Translations under genes and position numbers: made by a program
Notes under the pieces: model-generated
What the model was told of the DNA's origin: nothing
The model's input: the letters and a program-made list of their open reading frames with translations, nothing else
Database searches by the model: none
Shown: piece after piece, positions 1-12,629 of the stretch
Layout: each line of letters begins with the position of its first letter
How positions within the stretch are numbered: position 1 is the stretch's first letter
DNA from: the human T2T-CHM13v2.0 reference genome, Homo sapiens
Strand: one strand, 5' to 3'
DNA: 64,000 nt
Assembly (NCBI RefSeq): GCF_009914755.1
Contig: NC_060926.1

Positions 1-640
1 AACTCATTGGTAATCAGTGAAATACAAATTAAAACAATTAGATTGACCAAAAAAATAGACAGTTGGATAATACCAAGTATTAGAGAGGATGTGGGGATAT
101 AGGGACACTGGGACTTTCAGGCACTGCTGAAGCAAAGGCAGGCTATAGGGCAGTTTTTCACTATTTAGTATTATTAACTAGGCATGTGTCCTGTAAGTTA
201 GCAATTCCACTCTGGATATGTATCCTGGAAATCATCCTTGGGGTCTGTAAAGTGACATGTATGACCATGTTCATTGCAACATGGGTTAAGGGAGTAGGAA
301 TTTATAGGTAACTTGGGTATTTATCACTGTGGGAGTGGATAGGAAAAACGTGATGGAGACACAATATGGAGTATTATGTAGCAGTTGGAAGCAAAGAATT
401 ACAAAACATTACATTGTACCCCGTTAATATACATAATTATTATGTCAATTAGAAATGAATCAATACACATATGCTTGGTGAAAAAAGTTGGAAACAGAAG
501 ATATATAATATTATTTACAAAAATTAAAAAGTTATGCACACACAAAAATACATATATTTCAAGACGATTTTGAATTAAAAGGATACACATAAAGCACATT
601 AACCTATGGTAGTGTTATGACAATAAAATGAGATATGCAA
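1..640 (+). mobile_element. Old L1 (L1ME-like) 3' fragment
   Basis: Motifs such as gaaatacaaattaaaacaa, gcaattccactctggatatgtatcc and atgttcattgcaaca are typical of L1M 3' ends. Heavily diverged. Confidence 0.7.
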
Positions 641-678
641 ATAGAAGAAAAAAGGCAGAAGGAATGAAGGGTGAAAGA

Positions 679-1119
679 TGCATTAGTTAGCTATTGTTAC
701 AGTAATACTGCATAATAGTTACTATAATTTCAGTGGTTCATAAATAAACATTTATTTCACACCATCTGAAGGTCGGTTTGGAGTTGGCTTATCTAGGCTA
801 GGAACTCGGTTACAAGCTAAAGGTTGGGTCCAGGTATGTTCCATATGTTTCTCACCATTCTTAGATTAGTCATTACCAAGTTATGTTTTTCTTGTGATGA
901 AGAGCAGGTGCTCAGGTGGGCAAGCCTAACCATGCTAATGCAATGGGACTAATATCCTGTTAACCAAAGCAAGTTATTCAGCCAAGCCCAAAGTCCAGTG
1001 TCAGGAAAAATGTTCCACCCACCAGGAGGAATATTCCTCCTGGCTATGGCAAGGGTATAGATATATAATAATAATACAGGTAGGCTAAATATTTGGAATC
1101 AGTAATTCCATCTACCATA
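679..1119 (-). mobile_element. MLT1-type (ERVL-MaLR) solo LTR, old
   Basis: cattagttagctattg...aaacatttattt start and ...aattccatctaccata end, as in reverse-oriented MLT1. Confidence 0.6.
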
Positions 1120-1749
1120 ATGGTGCCTAAGTAGATAGGTAGGTATGTAGGTAGGTAGATAGATTTATGTTATTATATGTGTGCATATAAATATATTCAT
1201 ACATTCATAAAATAAGAAATAAAGAGGAGACTTGCATGGACAAATAACAATAAGGCATAAACAGAGGAATATGATAAATAAATTCCGTACACTGAAGACC
1301 CAAAAAACCAAACCAAAACACTAAACCACACTAGGAACAGAAGGGAATGGTAAGTGAGTAGGAAGTTCAGGCTAAGTATCAGAGGTGGCATTGCAAATGA
1401 TTTCAATTAGTTATTGCCATACTCATTATAGGAAGGAAGAGCACAAAGAAAATGTATTACTCTCTTATTTGGAACTTGTGTGTTGGGTTTGTTTTTGTTG
1501 TTGTTCTTTGATAAAGATAAGTGATCCCATACTGTTAAATAGAGCTATAATCTGCTTCCGTTGTAAGCAATGCTGCAATATGGTCAAGAATATCTAAAGT
1601 TTTGGAGTTCTAATATAAAGTGAGATGAGGCCCACTTTGGCTCTATTCTGAGCTGCTTAATGTACCAAAGTCAGCTCTTTGCTGTTTGTTGTACATTTAG
1701 CATACCAGAAGGAAAATCACACACGGATTTTACATAGGGACCATTAATG

Positions 1750-2700
1750 GAAATCAGCTAATAGAAAAAAAATCGTGAAATGACCACACTTAAACTTAAA
1801 ACTTCCATTTATCCATAGAAAAATCAGCAAATTATTGGAAAGAGATCTTTGCAAAGCAATGTGGAATTGATATCTAGAACATACAAGAAACTTTGCAAAC
1901 AAGCAAGAAAAGGACAGGAAACAAAAATTTTTTTAAAAATGGGCAAAGCACATGAACAGGCAATTGACAGGAAAATTGAAATAGCTATTGTGTATATGAA
2001 TGATATACATCCTCATTAGTAATCAGACGTACAAATTTTGTGGGTTTTTTTAACAAAATGAGATATGATATTGCACTCATTAGATTGGCAAAAATTAGAA
2101 AGCGCTGGCAAGAATATCAGGAAGTTTTGTCCTTTCTGGTGGTGAATTATAAATTGGTAGAAACATTCTGTATCACAACCTGAGAAGTACTTAGTGAAAT
2201 AAAGTATGGGTATAATAGAACTCAAAAATTCCCTTCCTGGATACATACTCTAGAGACTGTCTTGCTCAGATCCGCAAGGAAACATGCTCATATAAGATTA
2301 TTGCAGCATTATTTATGGTACCATAAAGTTGGAAGCAATCTGAGTATCCACTAGAGAATCTGGGTAACCCATAGATATCCCCTAAGGAAATGAATAAGTA
2401 AAGTGCATTACATGCAGGAGTCAGAAATGGTGTATGCATGTATTAGAAAAATCTGCAGGATTCAGAAGCAATGAACTAGATTTATATAGAGGAAGTACAT
2501 AGAGATCTCAAAAATACTATGTTAGATAAAAATGAGAAGGAAAATGAGATTCATAGCACATTACCATCTATAGAACTTTAAAAAATATATAAATGACACT
2601 AAATATTTGTTGGTAAACACCAATATACCAAATAAACATATGGAAGGTGGTTTAGAAGGATCTGTAAAACACACTTGAGAAGGTGCTGATGAAAGTGTTG
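1750..2700 (+). mobile_element. Old L1 (L1ME-like) 3' fragment
   Basis: aaaaatgggcaaagcacatgaacaggcaatt, cattagattggcaaaaatt and ttattgcagcattatttatggta motifs. Confidence 0.75.
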
Positions 2701-3547
2701 CAGTGGATGATTGGAGATGGACATGAAAGGGGTAACAAACCAAAATAAAATAGGGCTTTGCAAGGATGATAGCGTTCAATGAATTATCTCAACTCGATAT
2801 ACCTATGCTAATAGATAAACAGCAATTGAGTCCCTCAAACAATTCCGTTTCTTTAAAAAGTGCTGTGATCAGAAACTATGTTTTCAAGTTTCTGATGAAG
2901 TCCAGCATCAGAAAACACATGAAAATTGAAGAAAACAAGGCCATTTGTAGATTCTTTTGGTCAATCATTCATTTACACATAGAGGTGGAACGGTGCTCAT
3001 CTAGAGAGATTTTCTATTGGTTTTGATATAAGTTTGCTGCAGTTGAGTGAGTTAACAATGGCATTTGTTTAAGTTAAATTGTTTTCTCTTTGTTCACCTG
3101 CAGTGACCATCATTTAAGGACTAAACACTTATCAAATAACTCCACATTTCTGACCAAATAGCTGATTGCCAGGAAATGAACAGTCTGAAAGCATTCCTAC
3201 AGAAGTCAGCCAGCTCTAAATCTCTCTCTCTCTCTCTTTTTTTTTTTTTTAACAAATAGAGACATCAAGAAGGACTTGAACCATAAGCAAGCAGAAAGTC
3301 AGACTGAGTGTCAAAGGTGGCACCTCAAATAATTTTAATGAGCCGTCTTCCTACTCATTACAGGAAACATTAATGTAATGGGAATGCATTTCTCTCTTAT
3401 TTGGAACTTGTAAATATGCAATTTATTAATAAAGATAAGTGGAAACCATGCTGCAAAATAGTGCTGCGATGTGATTCTCTTCCTAGCAGAGCTCCAACAT
3501 GGGCAAGAGTGTCTAATGCTCAGGAGTTCTAATATAAAGTAAGACAC

Positions 3548-3850
3548 GGCCAGGCACAGTGGTTCCCACCTGTAGTCCCAGCACTTTGGGAGGCTGAGGT
3601 GAGCAGATGGCTTGAGGCCAGGAATTCAAGACCAGCCTGGGCGACATAGCAAGGCCTTGTTTCTACAAGAAAAATAATTTTTAAAAAATTAATTAGGCAT
3701 GGTGGCCTGTACCTGGAGTTCCAGCTACTCAGGAGGCAGAGGTGGGAGGATCACCTGAGCCCAGGAATTTGAGGCTGCAGTGAGCCTCCAGCCTGGGTGA
3801 CAGAGCCAGACTCTGCCTCAACAAAATAAAAATAAAATTTAAAAAATAAA
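3548..3850 (+). mobile_element. AluJ-like SINE with small right-arm deletion
   Basis: GGCCAGGCACAGTGG start, dimeric structure, A-rich tail, and degenerate TSD ATAAAGT(A/G)AGA. Confidence 0.9.
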
Positions 3851-5037
3851 GTGAGATGCAAACCTTTTACATCTGACTCTACTCTATTCTGGGTTGCTTA
3901 ATGTACTAGTGCCAGCTCTGTGCCACTAGACATATATTTAGCATATTGGAAGGAAAACCAAAAACAAGGATTTTTACATAGGAGCTAATCTGATAATTAT
4001 ATGGGTATCCAAAAGTCAGACAGCAAGGGATAGTAAAAACAATATAATTAAACAACTTGAATGAGGCAGGGAGACTAGGGGAATCTATCTCTGAGACTGG
4101 ATGCTGCATACATTTTATCAAAGAAGAAATTCTAAAGAAAAGTTTCATGCAGATGCACATTCACTCCCAGACGATTGATGGGAGCTAATGATCCCAAACA
4201 TCCCCCTTGACCTAGTGTTCCATTTTCAGGGAGAACTCAAATCATGATTCTAACAGAAAACAGAACAGTTAGAAGAAGAAGATCAGGGAGCATTTAACTT
4301 TTGGCAACATTCCAGGTCAATTCTTCCAATTCCTGAGGCTTGGGAATGCAGATCAGCCATAAGAAATTTGGGATCCCTAAGAATGATAATCTACAAATTC
4401 CAATTATTTTCGGTTAAATGTTTTGCTGTCAATGTAGCATTTCCTTTTGCCAGAGACTTCCAGGACATTTTTGAAGCCACTCAAATGTTGCCTCCAAAGA
4501 GAGGGGCATCATTACCTCCAGGTCCCAGATGGTGAGGTTGAGGGGTTAAATGAACAGTCCCAGGCCACACACTTCGTTTCCAGGAATCAGATGCCAATAT
4601 GGGATTATCTCTCCAAGTTTCTGATTCTTTGTACAGAAAATAAACCTTTCTAGAGTTAAGACATATCATATGACATCTGCTGTTTATACAATATGAGAAA
4701 CTCTCCTGAGCAGTGTACAGATCTTGGGATGTAACATCTACCCTTAGAAGTACCCGGCATATATTCATCTATGACTCCTCTTCATAACATGGGGTATACA
4801 TTATGTTTCTGCAGTAGCAAGTAGGAGAGGCTTGTTGAAAGCACTGGCATTGAATGAGCACTGGACCTTCCAAGTCATTAGCAAGATTGAGACGAGCAGT
4901 AAGAAAACACAGTGGTTCTTAAAAAGTACCTTGTGTCATTTAAAGAGCCAAAGAAACTACTTACTATCCTGAGAAGGCAGTATTATGTGGACAGGAAGAA
5001 TACAGACCTTTGAATTAGACTTGATTTGATTCTTGTA

Positions 5038-5998
5038 TGTGGGGAAAAGCAAGAGAGATCAGATTGTTACTGTGTCTGTGTAGAAAGAAGTAGACATAGG
5101 AGACTCCATTTTGTTATGTACTAAGAAAAATTATTCTGCCTTGAGATTCTGTGACCTTACCCCCAACCCCGTGCTCTCTGAAACATGTGCTGTGTCAACT
5201 CAGAGTTAAATGGATTAAGGGCGGTGCAAGATGTGCTTTGTTAAACAGATGCTTGAAGGCAGCATGCTCCTTAAGAGTCATCACCACTCCCTAATCTCAA
5301 GTACCCAGGGACACAAAAACTGCGGAAGGCCGCAGGGACCTCTGCCTAGGAAAGCCAGGTATTGTCCAAGGTTTCTCCCCATGTGATAGTCTGAAATATG
5401 GCCTCGTGGGAAGGGAAAGACCTGACCCATCCCCCAGCCCGACACCCGTAAAGGGTCTGTGCTGAGGAGGATTAGTAAAAGAGGAAGGAATGCCTCTTGC
5501 AGTTGAGACAAGAGGAAGGCATCTGTCTCCTGCCTGTCCCTGGGCAATGGAATGTCTCGGTATAAAACCCGATTGTATGCTCCATCTACTGAGATAGGGA
5601 AAAACCGCCTTAGGGCTGGAGGTGGGACCTGCGGGCAGCAATACTGCTTTGTAAAGCATTGAGATGTTTATGTGTATGCATATCTAAAAGCACAGCACTT
5701 AATCCTTTACATTGTCTATGATGCAAAGACCTTTGTTCACGTGTTTGTCTGCTGACCCTCTCCCCACAATTGTCTTGTGACCCTGACACATCCCCCTCTT
5801 TGAGAAACACCCACAGATGATCAATAAATACTAAGGGAACTCAGAGGCTGGCGGGATCCTCCACATGCTGAACGCTGGTTCCCCAGGTCCCCTTATTTCT
5901 TTCTCTATACTTTGTCTCTGTGTCTTTTTCTTTTCCAAATCTCTCGTCCCACCTTACGAGAAACACCCACAGGTGTGTAGGGGCAACCCACCCCTACA
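5038..5998 (+). mobile_element. HERV-K(HML-2) solo LTR, LTR5_Hs type
   Basis: Starts TGTGGGGAAAAGCAAGAGAGATCAG and ends GGGGCAACCCACCCCTACA, 961 bp. Perfect 6-bp TSD CTTGTA at 5032-5037 and 5999-6004. TATAAAA at 5561, AATAAA at 5823. Inserted into a MIR. Confidence 0.97.
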
Positions 5999-6094
5999 CT
6001 TGTACTCCCCCACTTACTATCTGAGTGAACTTAAGCCTCCTTTTCCTTGTCTGTAAAAGTGAGGAGCGGGGTACTAATTGAATAAGGCTTTTGT

Positions 6095-6560
6095 ATATTA
6101 TGGGTTGAATTTTGCCCCCTGGCACCGAAGTCCTAACCCCAGTACCTCAGAATGTGACCTTAGTTGTAAATAAGATCTTTGCAAATATAGTCACATGAAG
6201 ATGAGGTCATTGGGATGGGCTCTGATCCAATATGACTGGAGTCCTTATAAAAAGAGGAAATTTGGATACGGACACACACAGGAAGAAGATGGTGTGAAGA
6301 GACAGAGAGAATACCACGCGAAGACAGATGATTGAAATAATGACTCTATAAGCCAAAGAAGTCTGGGACTGCTGGCAAACCACGAGAATGTAGGAAGGGG
6401 AATGGGAGGACCCTTCCTCTGGAGTTTCCAGAGATTGCACGGCCCTGCCATCATCTTCATTCCAGACTTCCAGTTTCCAGAATTGTACAATTGTACAACA
6501 ATCAATTACCACACCGTTTGTGGTACTTTGTTACAGACAGTAGCCTTAGAAATGAATATA
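6095..6560 (+). mobile_element. MLT1C/B-like MaLR LTR
   Basis: tatgggttgaatt...gaagtcctaaccccagtacctcagaatgtgacct...ttgtggtactttgttaca...gaaatgaatata. Confidence 0.85.
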
Positions 6561-7044
6561 TTGTAAATATTGAAAGCAATTCCTTATGTAAAGCATATTG
6601 TAGAACCTCAATCAATCCAAGTTCTCTTTCCAAAGAAAAAGATTTGTACATTGGTATGCAGACAAATACGCCTCACTTTCTCCCTTGAGCTCCACTATGA
6701 TCTGACCACATGGCAGATGAATCTTTGAGTCTGCTTAAATTCTACAGAGTAGTGCCAGAAATTATCTGGTTTCCTGGGGGATCTCTGGGTTAGGACTGAG
6801 CCAAAATTCCTAGATCTGAATTAGAACAGAAGAAACTCCTGAATGGAACACAAACTGCCATTTATTGAGAAGAGCTGAGATGCTTTCCTCCAAGGGACAC
6901 TGTGACACAGTGTCAGGCCTAGCCTAGATTTTCCCTGCATACCTCCTTCCCGGTAGCTGGGGCCTCTCAGCACTCACCTGCAGGCTTGTCCCCGGCCAAG
7001 ATTCTGGGACTCTATAACCCTCTAAGGAGTACCTGCTTTGAGAG

Positions 7045-7245
7045 GCCGTTTGACACAGTGGCTGAGAGTGGACACTGGAGTTTGACTGCCTGTGTTTGAT
7101 CCCAACTCTGCTATTTGCTGTGTGTCTTTGGGCAAGTTTCTCTCTCAGCCTCGGTTGCCTTCTCTGAAAAATGGGCATATTGATAATCATACCCAGCTCA
7201 TAAGCTTGTGGTGAGGATTCGTTGACTTAACCTACTAAAGCTTAA
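7045..7245 (+). mobile_element. MIR SINE
   Basis: Core ttgggcaagttt...tctcagcctcggttgccttctctgaaaaatggg...gtgaggatt. Confidence 0.8.
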
Positions 7246-8194
7246 GGATTGCTGTCAGGTTCCTAGGGTGCCTATTATTGTTTCTGCTGTTGCCATTAAG
7301 ATCAGGTCCCTGCCTGCCCTCCAGTCCTGACAGCTGGCTTTCTAACCCAAAGCCTGAAGCCTCGTCTTAATGACTTGGTAGAGAACCAGGGCCTGAATCA
7401 GACTCTCTCTGCACCCTTCCACCATTGTCAAGGGAGGGAGTGTGGTGTCTATGACCCTTCTGTCTCCCTAAGACATCCCTGATGCTATTCACCTGCCAGG
7501 ATGTCTGAACGCTCTGAACTGTCTATCCCTGTGCTCACCCCCTCATGGTGTCATCTTATGACACTCTGTGTTAACTCCTCCAATGGCAGGAAGTGATTGG
7601 GCTGTCACCTGCTGCCTGCCAGCCGGAATGGAGTTGCTTCACATCTCAGCAGCTGGACGGTCCCTAAAACACCTGCCCAGACAAGCAGGCTGCAATGCCT
7701 CCTATGTACTCTAGCTTCCTGCAGTTAAAGGAGCCATGTCTAACCATAAGACTGGATGCTTCCACGTCCCACCAAAATGGAGTTTGCCTGTTTTGACCAC
7801 AAAGCTGCCAAAACATTACAAATAGTGGGGACTAGATGGACACTTGACAATCTCTAGTTAATAATGGCAAACCCATCACTCAATGGTATTGTATTTAATT
7901 TACTAAACCATAAGATCAAGCAGAATGGGAAATTCAACATTTGGAAGACTTTATAATATAAAATTTCATTTTGCAACATTCATTCTCTCTAACTGCCTTA
8001 ATGAGTGGTATTGATATTTAGAAAAAACATCAATAGCAAAATATAAAGTCAAAAAAGTTTAGGTCCCTCCTTTCCCTATGATGACTTTAACTATAAGGTA
8101 TTACTTAGTTCTACAAAATAAACAGCTGGAAGGGCAACTGAGCTACAGGAACACCTAGTGAGCAAGGCTTGTTATAAACGAAGGTTTGTCAAGT

Positions 8195-8400
8195 ACTAAT
8201 TATGTTCCTAACTATGCTAAATGCTTCATACACACAGTATAACTGAATCCTCATAATAAACTTGTAAATTAGTTACTAGTCTTTTTTTCTTACAGATAAA
8301 GAAACTGAGGCACAAAAGAGGTTAAATAACTTGACCAAGATTCAAAATCTACTGTAGGTGAGATTTTAACCTAGATCAAAGTCCAGACCCCACACACTAA
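8195..8400 (-). mobile_element. MIR SINE
   Basis: ttacagataaagaaactgaggcac...gaggttaaataacttgaccaag. Confidence 0.8.
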
Positions 8401-11400
8401 GACACAAAACTCTTCTACACTCTTTCTTCCTTTTTCAGTTGATTTTGTCTCCTACAGCATGACAGTGTCCAACTAAGCACGCTCCTTCTAAACACATTCA
8501 GTGACATTTGCTTGTGAGAGCCACAGCCAGCAAACACTACCCTGACTGTCTCCAGCACAATGCAAAGTCACCGTGGCCCGCAGCGAGTTGCTTTTCAATT
8601 TCATTAACCTTGGTAGAGGCTGGGATGGGGCAAACACTAGAACTGGTTCTCCCAGCCAGCAGCCAGCTTGGACAGGGGCAGAATGTGATTGGGACCCGCC
8701 TTAGCATTAGAGGTGATGGTTCACCTCTAGACGAGATGGGCTCTGAAAAGTGATCCTTGAGGATTTCAAATATGTTGATGAAAATGGGAGTGGTGGAGGA
8801 AATGGTGAAAATTTTTAAGAATGTGCAGGCAGGAAATTAGTGGCAAAAGCTACCCTCTACCCGCCCCCCCTCGCCCCCAAATCAGAGAAAATGGCTTTAG
8901 GAAGTTATGCCTCAACCCCATTCCTGTTTCCTCCCCGTAAATCTACCCTCTAAGTAGTCCTCAAGGAATTGGAGTGGTTGCTTTCTCTCTGGCAATAACG
9001 GGAATTCCCACTACAGGACAATTAGAATACACCCAGAACTGCCAGTAAAATGTTTCAATGACTTGACTTTACTGGTTTTATAAAACAAGTGAAAGAAATC
9101 AGAGACAGTCCAAGATCCTCGCCAAGACGTGAAGTCTCTTTATGAAGTAGACTGCAGGGAACCGTGTGGGCTCCGGATCTCTAGTGCTTCCTCCAATGTG
9201 CTGCTTTTAACTAATGCCATCTGCACGGGGCCCTGTGGTCTCAGGAACACCAGCTCGTGACACAGACTTGAGATTTAGTCGCCACTTCCCTGAATATTTG
9301 TTCTGTGTTTTTGAGAGGATCCACTTGGTTTTTCTGAGCCTCGGTTTCCCCATTTGACACTTTCAGGTGATACTGTGTTTCTACCTGTTTCAGGCATAGG
9401 TACAACTTGAGGTCTTAGAGGGCAGCCAAACATTTAGAAATGCGATGGATTTTTCCCCTCCCCACTTTACACTTCTAGGTTGCTGTTTGAAGCCTCAGCA
9501 TAAATTATTTCTGCTCTTATTGACTCCCTATTGCAAATGGGGGTGTGTGTGAGCGTGAGCACGTGTATTTGTGAATGCGCGTGCCCAGCATATCTGTCTC
9601 CTTTTCATTCTTTCTTTGTTCTTTCCCAAGGCTTCTGTGAGAGTAGCAAATAGAATGGAATGTCCTTGTCCAGCCTGCTCCCCCTCCTTAGGAGGAGGGA
9701 TGGACCACTTCCTACCGCTCCCTTCCTTCATGCCCCCTCCCCCATCCTCATCAGTGCAGTTGATGAAATGAAAGCCGAGGAAGAGTGATTCGATTATTGC
9801 CTGACCTTTGCCGGTGCTGGAAAGAGTGTAGATCCACGTGCTTTCCTCCAATCCCCCTTTGGGGCTTTTCTGGACGTGCCCCCATAGGAGCTCTCCTGCG
9901 GCTGGGTTAAATCAGCCTCAATGGGCTGAATGTGGTTCAAAACCTAAGCGGACCCTCCCCCCAGCCCCCACCCCCACCCTGCTTTATCCCGCGTGGCGTT
10001 CATTACAAACAACAATTACTGACAGTAATCAGCTGTCCAGAATAACAAGGACGTTGTATTTTGCTCAGCTTTAGTGCAAAGGCGCATGAGCAAATCTTAT
10101 TGTGTTCCAGCACAATAAAATACATCTGAAAATCCCCTTTTAGAATTCTGGAAAACATGACCCATGCTACTACTGCTTGATAACATGTAGGAACAATTCC
10201 TCTCTTCATTAGGTTGGATTTTCCTTTTGGGTAGAGCACAAACAGGTGGAGAGAAACCTGATGTTTAAGACAACTGTCACTTTGCCCATAATTTTTTGAC
10301 AATCCTGGTGCTTGATTGGGAATATTTTACCAGACATCCACTGTTAGATTTCTTGGATTATACACCTTCAGGTGGTGTTGAAATTGTCAATAGTGAAACA
10401 AAAGCAGCAATTAAATACGAAGCAAGAGAAGAGAAACGGTGAGAAGTTAATACTCTATTTAAACCACTGGAGGGGTTGGAAAGCCGACTTACGAAAATAG
10501 CAGTAACAAAAAAAATCTGAAAAACAAATTCACCACCAAACAGTTTCTACTGCTCCATTTATTTCAACTAGTGTGGTATTAATAGAACGCCTAACAGCAG
10601 GGAGTAGGAAAATAAATGTATTCTCACTCACAAGGGAATGACTAAATGACTCACAAATGCAAAAATAAATAAATGGCTCCCTATGAAAATCTGAAACTAT
10701 ATTACCCCAACTGAAGCAACTAAGCTTTTTAACTGTAACCTAACATGTTAAATTCAATCAGTTTTATTTGAGGCCATAGATAGATCGAGCGATCAATCTC
10801 CATTATCCTGGGCTTTTTTTCATCTTCATAGTGCTATTTTTCTTCCTATGAGACATTTCAGTTCATTTCCTTGAGCCTTCTTCAGTTTAATGGCTGATTT
10901 TCAGACCAAAAAAAAATCCCCTTCCTCTAGAGGGAATGGAGAAAAATAGGGCAATGAAAAAAAAAATTTAAGAAGGGCATGTCTTAATTGTATGTAGTGG
11001 AGAGAAGGAGGACACAATGTGAGAAAAAGATAACAGGTAGATACATAATGTGTATTATAGCTGGTTTCAAATGTTATGTTAAATGTTAACAGGTGCTGCC
11101 TCCTGACACTATAAAAAGATCAACTTTTTGTCTCCTTTATAATTTGTGAACAGGTAGGCCCCGAGGACCAGAATGAGGTCATGCCAATTAACTCAATCAC
11201 TCTGATTCCTGCAATCAGAGTGATAATGACATCCTTAGCAACCATCCTATCACTATGGCACCAGCCCACTGCTGTAAAAACCCTCTTCATCTACATTGGT
11301 TGTAGGTTGGGTGCCAAAGCTGTGATCCTAAAATACACAGGCTGAGAATTTACATTAAACCTTCCCCACCACCCCATCTCATCCAGGGGCATGACATCTT

Positions 11401-12629
11401 TCCTCTCTCAAAAGAGGTGCAGTGAGAAAATAAAATTTTCATTGGCTCCAAAAGTTAAGGTTTTGGGCTTTCTCCAAACCTATATAAATCATTAGTTGGC
11501 TCTTTGGAATCGCCTTCTATTAAGAGAAGCTAATGAGCTTTATCTTTCAACTTTATCCAGCCTGATTACACTGTACATACCTAGTTTCACATAAAAACTA
11601 TTCGTTACTGGACTGCTTTTATCAATAGACATTAGTAGTTAACTTCACAGGATGGGAACTGATACTCTGAAGGCAGCAAAACAAAAACCATCAACGACAT
11701 CTAGGGCTTTCTTCCCCAGAGTACTTTAAATAATGTTAGTTCCCTAGAGATAGATCAAATATATATAACAAACAAAAGGAGAGCAATCAAGAACATATAG
11801 TCCAAAAATATCTAAAAAGTATCTTTGGTGGGCACATTTGCATCAATAAGCTTCTCCAGCTTATAGTGTTTCAGACTGAGCCAACTTTCATTATGCTGAG
11901 CCTCTCCTATCTGCCCCTCATTATATTGGATACTTTGGGAAATCCATAAAAATCTAAGAAACTTGAGTCTATCCTTATCTTCAAGGAAGCAAAAATCTAT
12001 TTGGTGAGAGAGACATCTGAATAATCAACAACAACACAGATCTAATAGGAAGATAAGTCTTTATGGTGTAGGGTCTTCATGGCCATCAATTCCTTAAAAG
12101 ACTCTGACAGTATATCTTAAGAAATAATAAAATAAAAGAGAGAGGAGAAGGAAGAAGGTGGGGAGGAAGAAAAGAAGGAAGGAAGGAGCAACCAGTCTAA
12201 GAAGAAACCAGAGACCAAAGATCAACAAAACACACCAGCAGTGTCAAGATAAGGCAGTTGATAGATACCTCAGGGCCTTTGCAGTTGATCCCCTGGAGGG
12301 AATCCTCTTTACCCAAATCTTCAAATGACTTATTCATTTTCACACAATATATCACTTACTATGTACTTTTTCATTGTTTATATCCTTCCCTCTCCTCCCC
12401 TTCCAACCAGGAACTCTGTCCTAAAATAGTGCTAGCACAAGGTAGGTTCTCAACAAATTTGCTGAATCAATGAACGAATGAATGAATGACTAGGAATAGT
12501 TACTTGTGTGGGATGGAAACTGCATATTGGAGGAGAGAGTCTGGTAAGCACAGTGAACAGCACAACTGAAGTTAGGGCTGTGTTCTCAGACAGATTCCCT
12601 AAGCACCAATAACAGTGTCGGCAGGCCTA

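Noticed and set aside
5281-6056. Several 60-120 aa ORFs
   Set aside because: All lie within the HERV-K LTR. No gag/pol/env or primer-binding site follows, so it is a solo LTR.
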